DNA of 64,000 nucleotides from an uncultured Flavobacteriaceae bacterium (GTDB lineage Bacteria; Bacteroidota; Bacteroidia; Flavobacteriales; Flavobacteriaceae): NCBI GenBank assembly GCA_964504555.1, contig CAZDFA010000001.1, positions 32,440 to 96,439 of the forward strand, read 5' to 3'. Shown piece by piece: positions 58,900 to 64,000 of this stretch (position 1 is its first letter; each line of letters starts with the position of its first letter). The notes under the pieces were generated by a model. It saw only the letters and a program-made list of their open reading frames with translations, ran no database searches and was not told where the DNA came from. The position numbers and the translations under genes were made by a program.

Positions 58900-59712
58900 A
58901 TGAAAGATAAGAGGATATTATACGTGTCATCAGAAGTTGTGCCATATCTCCCTGAGACCGAAATTGCCTCTATGTCATTTGAAGCACCACAGATGGTCAA
59001 TTCCAAAGGGGGTCAGATACGTATTTTTATGCCTCGTTATGGTAATATAAATGAGCGCAGACATCAGTTGCACGAAGTAATACGTCTATCTGGCATGAAT
59101 TTAGTGATAAACGACTTTGACATGCCGTTGATTATTAAAGTCGCCTCTATACCTAAGGAGCGCATGCAGGTATACTTCATAGATAATGAGGAGTATTTTA
59201 AACGAAAAGCTACCTTTACAGACGAGAAAGGAAAGTTGTTTGAGGACAACGATGAACGAGCAATCTTTTTTACTAAAGGAGTGGTAGAAACGGTAAAGAA
59301 GCTTAATTGGTCGCCAGATATCATTCACGTACATGGTTGGTTAGCTGCTCTTTTGCCGCTATATATAAAGACATATTATGCAAGCGAACCGCTATTTGCT
59401 AATAGTAAAATAGTTGTTTCTGTATACAATTCTGGATTTGAGGGGTCTCTAAATGATTCTATGATCAAGAAAATTGCCTTTGATGGCATAGGGACTGAAG
59501 AAATAACCGATCTTCAAGATCCTAATTATGAAAACATAATTAAAGTTGCAGTCAAAAATGCTGATGCTGCTATTATAGGTTCTTCAGATTTAAACGAAAA
59601 CCTAGCTAAACTTCTAAATACCACCAAAATTCCTGTTCTTCCTTTTAAAAAGAAGGAAGAGTTTCCAGCGGCTTATGAAGAATTTTATATGTCCAAAGTG
59701 TTAAACCAATAA
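58900..59712 (+). CDS. Glycogen/starch synthase-like protein, N-terminal GT5 domain only
   Basis: RILYVSSEVVPY, IFMPRYG, YFIDNEEYF.R, DNDERAIFF, PDIIHVHGW; 270 aa; no KTGGL. Confidence 0.85.
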   Translation: MKDKRILYVSSEVVPYLPETEIASMSFEAPQMVNSKGGQIRIFMPRYGNINERRHQLHEVIRLSGMNLVINDFDMPLIIKVASIPKERMQVYFIDNEEYFKRKATFTDEKGKLFEDNDERAIFFTKGVVETVKKLNWSPDIIHVHGWLAALLPLYIKTYYASEPLFANSKIVVSVYNSGFEGSLNDSMIKKIAFDGIGTEEITDLQDPNYENIIKVAVKNADAAIIGSSDLNENLAKLLNTTKIPVLPFKKKEEFPAAYEEFYMSKVLNQ

Positions 59713-59720
59713 TACGTGTT

Positions 59721-61370
59721 ATGAAGTTATACAAGTTTATTGCGCCAGTACTAAGCGCAGGTTGTTTTATATTCTTAATTGTTGCTTGTCAAGAGGAATT
59801 CAATCCGCTCGGCACTGATATAGTAGGGCAGATAAATTTTGAAACTCTAGAAGTTAACGACTTGGATGTTGTTGCTTTTAGTAGATCATTTCCTGAAGGA
59901 GTGCAGACAAATGGCTTGCCTGTAGGATCTATAGGATTTTATAGAGATAATATTTATGGAAATTCGTTGGCTCAAGTAGTATCACAACTGCAATTGTCTA
60001 GACAAAATCCTGATTTCGGCGATAGTACCGTGGTTGATAGCGTCGTCTTTACCTTACCTTATTTTAGTTCAGTAATTGATAATAATAGTGATGGCGGTTC
60101 AGATTTCGAATTAGATTCTGTATTTGGTAATGCTCCAATGAATTTGACTGTATTTAGGTCAAATTTCTTTCTTGATAACTTAGACCCAGATACAAATTTT
60201 GAAGACCCTGCAGTTTTTACATCAAATGATTTGGCAGAATTTGAAGGTTTAGAGGGAGATTTACTTTTTGGCATTGATTCTTTTGTACCAAGTCCAGAGG
60301 AAATAGTTCTTACTTCCATAAGCACAAATGATCAAAAAACAGTAACAAGAATAGGGCCTGCCTTACGTGTTGTTCTTGATAATGATTATTGGAATCAAGA
60401 AATTATACAAAGAGAAGGTCAAAAGGAATTATTGACCCAAAACACGTTCAATGATTTTTTTAGAGGTATATTTTTTCAAATAGAACCGATAAATGATAAT
60501 GGATCTTTCATACTGTTTGACTATGCTGGTGCTGATATCACTATATATTATTCTTTTACTGGTTTTGACGATACTCCCAATGACGATGGAGGCGCCATTC
60601 CTGGTACAGGAAGCATTAGTTTTGGATTAGTAGGAGGTATAAATGTTGTAGGATATGAAAATGATTTTAATACAGCTATTTTTCAAGATATAGCAAATGT
60701 AGATGAGATAAATGGGGAAGAAAATTTATATCTAAAAGGAGGAGAAGGAAGCATTGCTTTAATAGATTTATTCGGGCCAGACATAGACGAAAACGGAGTG
60801 GCAGACCAGTTAGAAATTTTAAGATCCTGTAATGTTATTATTAATGAAGCTAATTTGACATTTTTTGTAGATCAGCCAGAGGTGGCAATTGGCAGTGGAG
60901 AACCTGAACCGGAACGTGTATTTATTTATGATTTTGACACTAGGAGTGTATTAATAGATGCTATCTTTGATATCAGCCAAGGAGATGAAGGCCCTGTGAG
61001 TGCACAGACAAATCATTTCGGCAGGTTGGTTAGAGAAGATGAAGGTAATACATCAAGTCCAGGGGTAAGTTATAGGCTTCGTTTGACTAGGCATCTTAAT
61101 AATATTATTAATGAAGATTCAACAAACACCAGATTGGCATTATCTGTTTCACAAAATGTACTACAACCAACAACAGCTATTATAGGTGGTACGGGTAATG
61201 CAGAAGATGCCCTTAGAGTTCCAGTTTCTGGTGTAATTTCACCAGAAGGAACAGTTCTACATGGCAATTTAAGCGAGGACCAAGAAAGAAGGCTGCGTTT
61301 AAGCATTTTTTATACTTTAACTGAAGAAATAGACCCCAATAGTCCTTGTGGACAATTGCTAGGATTATAA
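59721..61370 (+). CDS. DUF4270 family lipoprotein
   Basis: Lipobox IVAC; acidic N-terminus; NDFFRGIFF and LYLKGGEG motifs; usual position next to the GT5 gene. Confidence 0.8.
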   Translation: MKLYKFIAPVLSAGCFIFLIVACQEEFNPLGTDIVGQINFETLEVNDLDVVAFSRSFPEGVQTNGLPVGSIGFYRDNIYGNSLAQVVSQLQLSRQNPDFGDSTVVDSVVFTLPYFSSVIDNNSDGGSDFELDSVFGNAPMNLTVFRSNFFLDNLDPDTNFEDPAVFTSNDLAEFEGLEGDLLFGIDSFVPSPEEIVLTSISTNDQKTVTRIGPALRVVLDNDYWNQEIIQREGQKELLTQNTFNDFFRGIFFQIEPINDNGSFILFDYAGADITIYYSFTGFDDTPNDDGGAIPGTGSISFGLVGGINVVGYENDFNTAIFQDIANVDEINGEENLYLKGGEGSIALIDLFGPDIDENGVADQLEILRSCNVIINEANLTFFVDQPEVAIGSGEPEPERVFIYDFDTRSVLIDAIFDISQGDEGPVSAQTNHFGRLVREDEGNTSSPGVSYRLRLTRHLNNIINEDSTNTRLALSVSQNVLQPTTAIIGGTGNAEDALRVPVSGVISPEGTVLHGNLSEDQERRLRLSIFYTLTEEIDPNSPCGQLLGL

Positions 61371-61386
61371 TAATAAACCAAAAATT

Positions 61387-63234
61387 ATGTGCGGAATTGT
61401 GGGATATATAGGGCATCGCGATGCCTATCCTATCATATTACAGGGACTGCAACGATTAGAATATAGAGGCTATGATAGCGCAGGTATTGCTCTTTATGAT
61501 GGCGAAAATCTGAAATTATGTAAAACCAAAGGGAAGGTTTATGACCTAGAAACTAAAGTAGGCGATACAATTTCAACGCAAGGAACGGTAGGTGTGGGTC
61601 ATACAAGATGGGCAACACATGGAGTGCCAAATGATGTCAATTCACATCCGCATTACAGCAATTCTGGTAATTTAGTGATCATACATAATGGCATTATTGA
61701 AAACTATGATTCAATAAAACAAGAATTACTAAAAAGAGGATATTCTTTTGAATCTGATACTGATACAGAGGTTTTGGTCAATCTAATTGAAGATGTTAAA
61801 AACAAAGAAGGAGTAAAACTTGGCAAAGCAGTTCAAATAGCTCTAAATCAAACAATAGGAGCCTATGCTATTGCGGTTTTTGATAAAACTAAACCAGATG
61901 AAGTTGTTGTAGCCCGCCTAGGTAGTCCATTGACAATTGGTTTAGGAGAAAATGAATATTTTATTGCTTCTGACGCCACTCCTTTTATAGAATATACAAA
62001 TAATGCTATATATCTTGAGGATGGAGAGATGGCCGTTATACGTAGTCACAAGGCACCAAAAATACGGAAGATTAAGGATGATTCTCTGGTGCGTCCCTAT
62101 ATCCATGAATTGCAATTAAATCTTGAGCAAATTGAAAAAGGGGGCTATGATCATTTTATGCTAAAGGAAATATATGAGCAACCTGATGCCATTACCGATA
62201 CATTTAGAGGGAGAATGCGTGTAAAGGAAGGTATTATAAAAATGGCAGGTGTTGAAGATCATATTGATAAATTTTTAAATGCTCGGCGAATAGTTATAGT
62301 TGCGTGTGGGACATCCTGGCACGCTGGTCTTGTAGCTGAATACATATTTGAAGAACTGGCTCGAATACCAGTTGAAGTTGAATATGCTTCAGAGTTTAGA
62401 TATCGTAATCCTGTTATTTATAAAGATGATGTTGTAGTTGCAATATCTCAAAGTGGCGAAACTGCAGATACAATGGCCGCAATAAAGTTGGCTAAGAAAA
62501 ATGGAGCTTTTGTTTTTGGTGTATGCAATGTTGTGGGATCTTCTATTTCTCGAGAAACACATTCTGGTGCGTATACCCACGCTGGCCCTGAAATTGGAGT
62601 GGCTTCCACTAAGGCATTTACTACTCAGATAACCGTTTTAACACTAATTGCGTTGCTATTGGCTAAGCGAAAAGGTGCCATTTCTACACCAGATTTTCAC
62701 GCGTATTTGCAAGAATTAGAACGCATACCTGCTAAAGTTAAAAAAGCACTAGAATCTAACGCCCATGTGCAATATGTGGCTGATCAGTATAAAGATGCTG
62801 AAAATGCACTCTATTTAGGGAGAGGCTTTAACTTTCCTGTAGCTTTGGAAGGCGCTCTAAAGCTTAAGGAAATTTCTTATATTCATGCTGAGGGGTATCC
62901 TGCAGCCGAAATGAAACATGGCCCAATAGCATTAATCGATGAGCAAATGCCCGTAGTTGTTATAGCTACAAACAAAGGACACTACGAAAAAGTGGTAAGC
63001 AATATTCAGGAGATCAAATCACGTAAAGGAAAGATTATCGGAATTGTTACTGAAGGGGATATTGTAGTTAAAAAACTGGCGGATCACGTAATAGAGATTC
63101 CCGAAACCATGGAAGCCTTGACGCCATTGCTCACTACTATACCATTACAGTTATTGTCCTATCATATTGCCGTTATGTTAGATAAAAATGTAGATCAACC
63201 GCGTAATTTGGCCAAATCGGTTACGGTAGAGTAA
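61387..63234 (+). CDS. glmS: Glutamine--fructose-6-phosphate transaminase (isomerizing)
   Basis: MCGIVG, LEYRGYDSAG, HTRWATHG, SQSGETADT, EGALKLKE, PRNLAKSVTVE. Confidence 0.99.
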   Translation: MCGIVGYIGHRDAYPIILQGLQRLEYRGYDSAGIALYDGENLKLCKTKGKVYDLETKVGDTISTQGTVGVGHTRWATHGVPNDVNSHPHYSNSGNLVIIHNGIIENYDSIKQELLKRGYSFESDTDTEVLVNLIEDVKNKEGVKLGKAVQIALNQTIGAYAIAVFDKTKPDEVVVARLGSPLTIGLGENEYFIASDATPFIEYTNNAIYLEDGEMAVIRSHKAPKIRKIKDDSLVRPYIHELQLNLEQIEKGGYDHFMLKEIYEQPDAITDTFRGRMRVKEGIIKMAGVEDHIDKFLNARRIVIVACGTSWHAGLVAEYIFEELARIPVEVEYASEFRYRNPVIYKDDVVVAISQSGETADTMAAIKLAKKNGAFVFGVCNVVGSSISRETHSGAYTHAGPEIGVASTKAFTTQITVLTLIALLLAKRKGAISTPDFHAYLQELERIPAKVKKALESNAHVQYVADQYKDAENALYLGRGFNFPVALEGALKLKEISYIHAEGYPAAEMKHGPIALIDEQMPVVVIATNKGHYEKVVSNIQEIKSRKGKIIGIVTEGDIVVKKLADHVIEIPETMEALTPLLTTIPLQLLSYHIAVMLDKNVDQPRNLAKSVTVE

Positions 63235-63238
63235 GAGA

Positions 63239-63819
63239 TCATTTTTTGGATTGAGAACCTACAATTAGAGATAAAGCTTCTTTCTCATCACCCCAACCGC
63301 TGTTTATGAGTATATCAGAGGCTTTGTAATGTAAAAAGCAATTTTCTATTATTTGTTTGACCTTAGTAGGATATACAATGACCAATTGTTTGAAGTTTGT
63401 TGCCTTAATAATGCGTTGAGATTGGTCTTTGGGCCTTGCAATAATGTTATAATTGGCTTCACCATTATCAATTAGTTTTAGAACTGCTATAGGAATGCAT
63501 TCAAGGGTCTTTCCGCTAGCTATACTTTCTGAAAGTAAGAGTACATCTAATGCATCTCCATAACCGCCTTTGGCTATTACTGCCTTAATAGGGAGTATAA
63601 AACCATAATTTCTGGATAAAGGAAAAAATCTATAATACGATCTTTCCCGTCTCTTTGATCAATTTCAAAAGTTTTTAAATTGGGGTTATAAACTATCTTT
63701 TTATTAATGCCTGCAGGAATGTCAATAATACAATTAAATATACTAGATTCTGAAAATGTGGGTATCGTATATGGATTCTTGATCTCTAAACAAGAATAAA
63801 CATCTAAAAGAATCAACAT
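63239..63819 (-). pseudogene. ppa: Family I soluble inorganic pyrophosphatase pseudogene (frameshift near 63611)
   Basis: IDIPAGINKKIVYN...IIDFFLYP then shifted frame NYGFIL...GGYGDALDVLLL...LIDNGEANYNII...GWGDEKEA...KK* ending at 63239. Confidence 0.85.
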
Positions 63820-63949
63820 AGCTCGAATTTTGATATCAAATGAGCATAATTTTTAACTATTTAGATAACTCTAGGTTATATTAAGCAGGCAATAGACATT
63901 CAAAAGGAATAAGCACTAAAATTACTTTCGTTATAAAAGGATAAAAGAG

Positions 63950-63957
63950 TATCTTTG
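63950..63957 (+). promoter_or_regulatory. -7 element TATCTTTG, probably for a gene beyond the window
   Basis: Exact TAnnTTTG at the right edge. Confidence 0.45.
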
Positions 63958-64000
63958 CGCGATGAAAAAATAAGTGATTTTTTCAAGAGAATTTTGATCA

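Noticed and set aside
1-64000. CRISPR arrays, tRNA/rRNA genes, IS elements, integrases and known anti-phage operons
   Set aside because: None seen by eye; a tRNAscan/Infernal/ISEScan/DefenseFinder run would be needed to exclude faint cases

Overview
64 kb of a Flavobacteriaceae (Bacteroidota) chromosome. The assignment rests on TAnnTTTG -7 promoters, T9SS C-terminal-domain proteins, bacilliredoxin, single-chain GlyRS, and the panC-panD / GT5-DUF4270-glmS synteny. Most of the window is core genes (mfd, metG, glyQS, xth, radA, panC/D, glmS). The first ~11.5 kb is an accessory, partly decaying region with four parts. (i) A persulfide-handling cluster (TauE, MBL-rhodanese) and neighbours; three promoters share a CRP-like box exactly 21 nt upstream of the -7 element, while the local Crp/Fnr gene is a 5'-truncated pseudogene. 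(ii) Broken DUF2892 and methyltransferase-like fragments. (iii) An orphan Rhs toxin (HExxH)/immunity cassette plus the stub of a second cassette. (iv) A RelE/ParE toxin-antitoxin pair bracketed by two diverged copies of an aminotransferase 3' end. Further on are two tandem barrel-less TonB-plug/vWA-like/TPR paralogues, a 1142-aa outer-membrane barrel with SprA-like motifs, a half-size GT5 protein lacking KTGGL, and a frameshifted ppa pseudogene. I found no rRNA, tRNA, CRISPR array or transposase. Family assignments come from motif recognition only; no searches were run.
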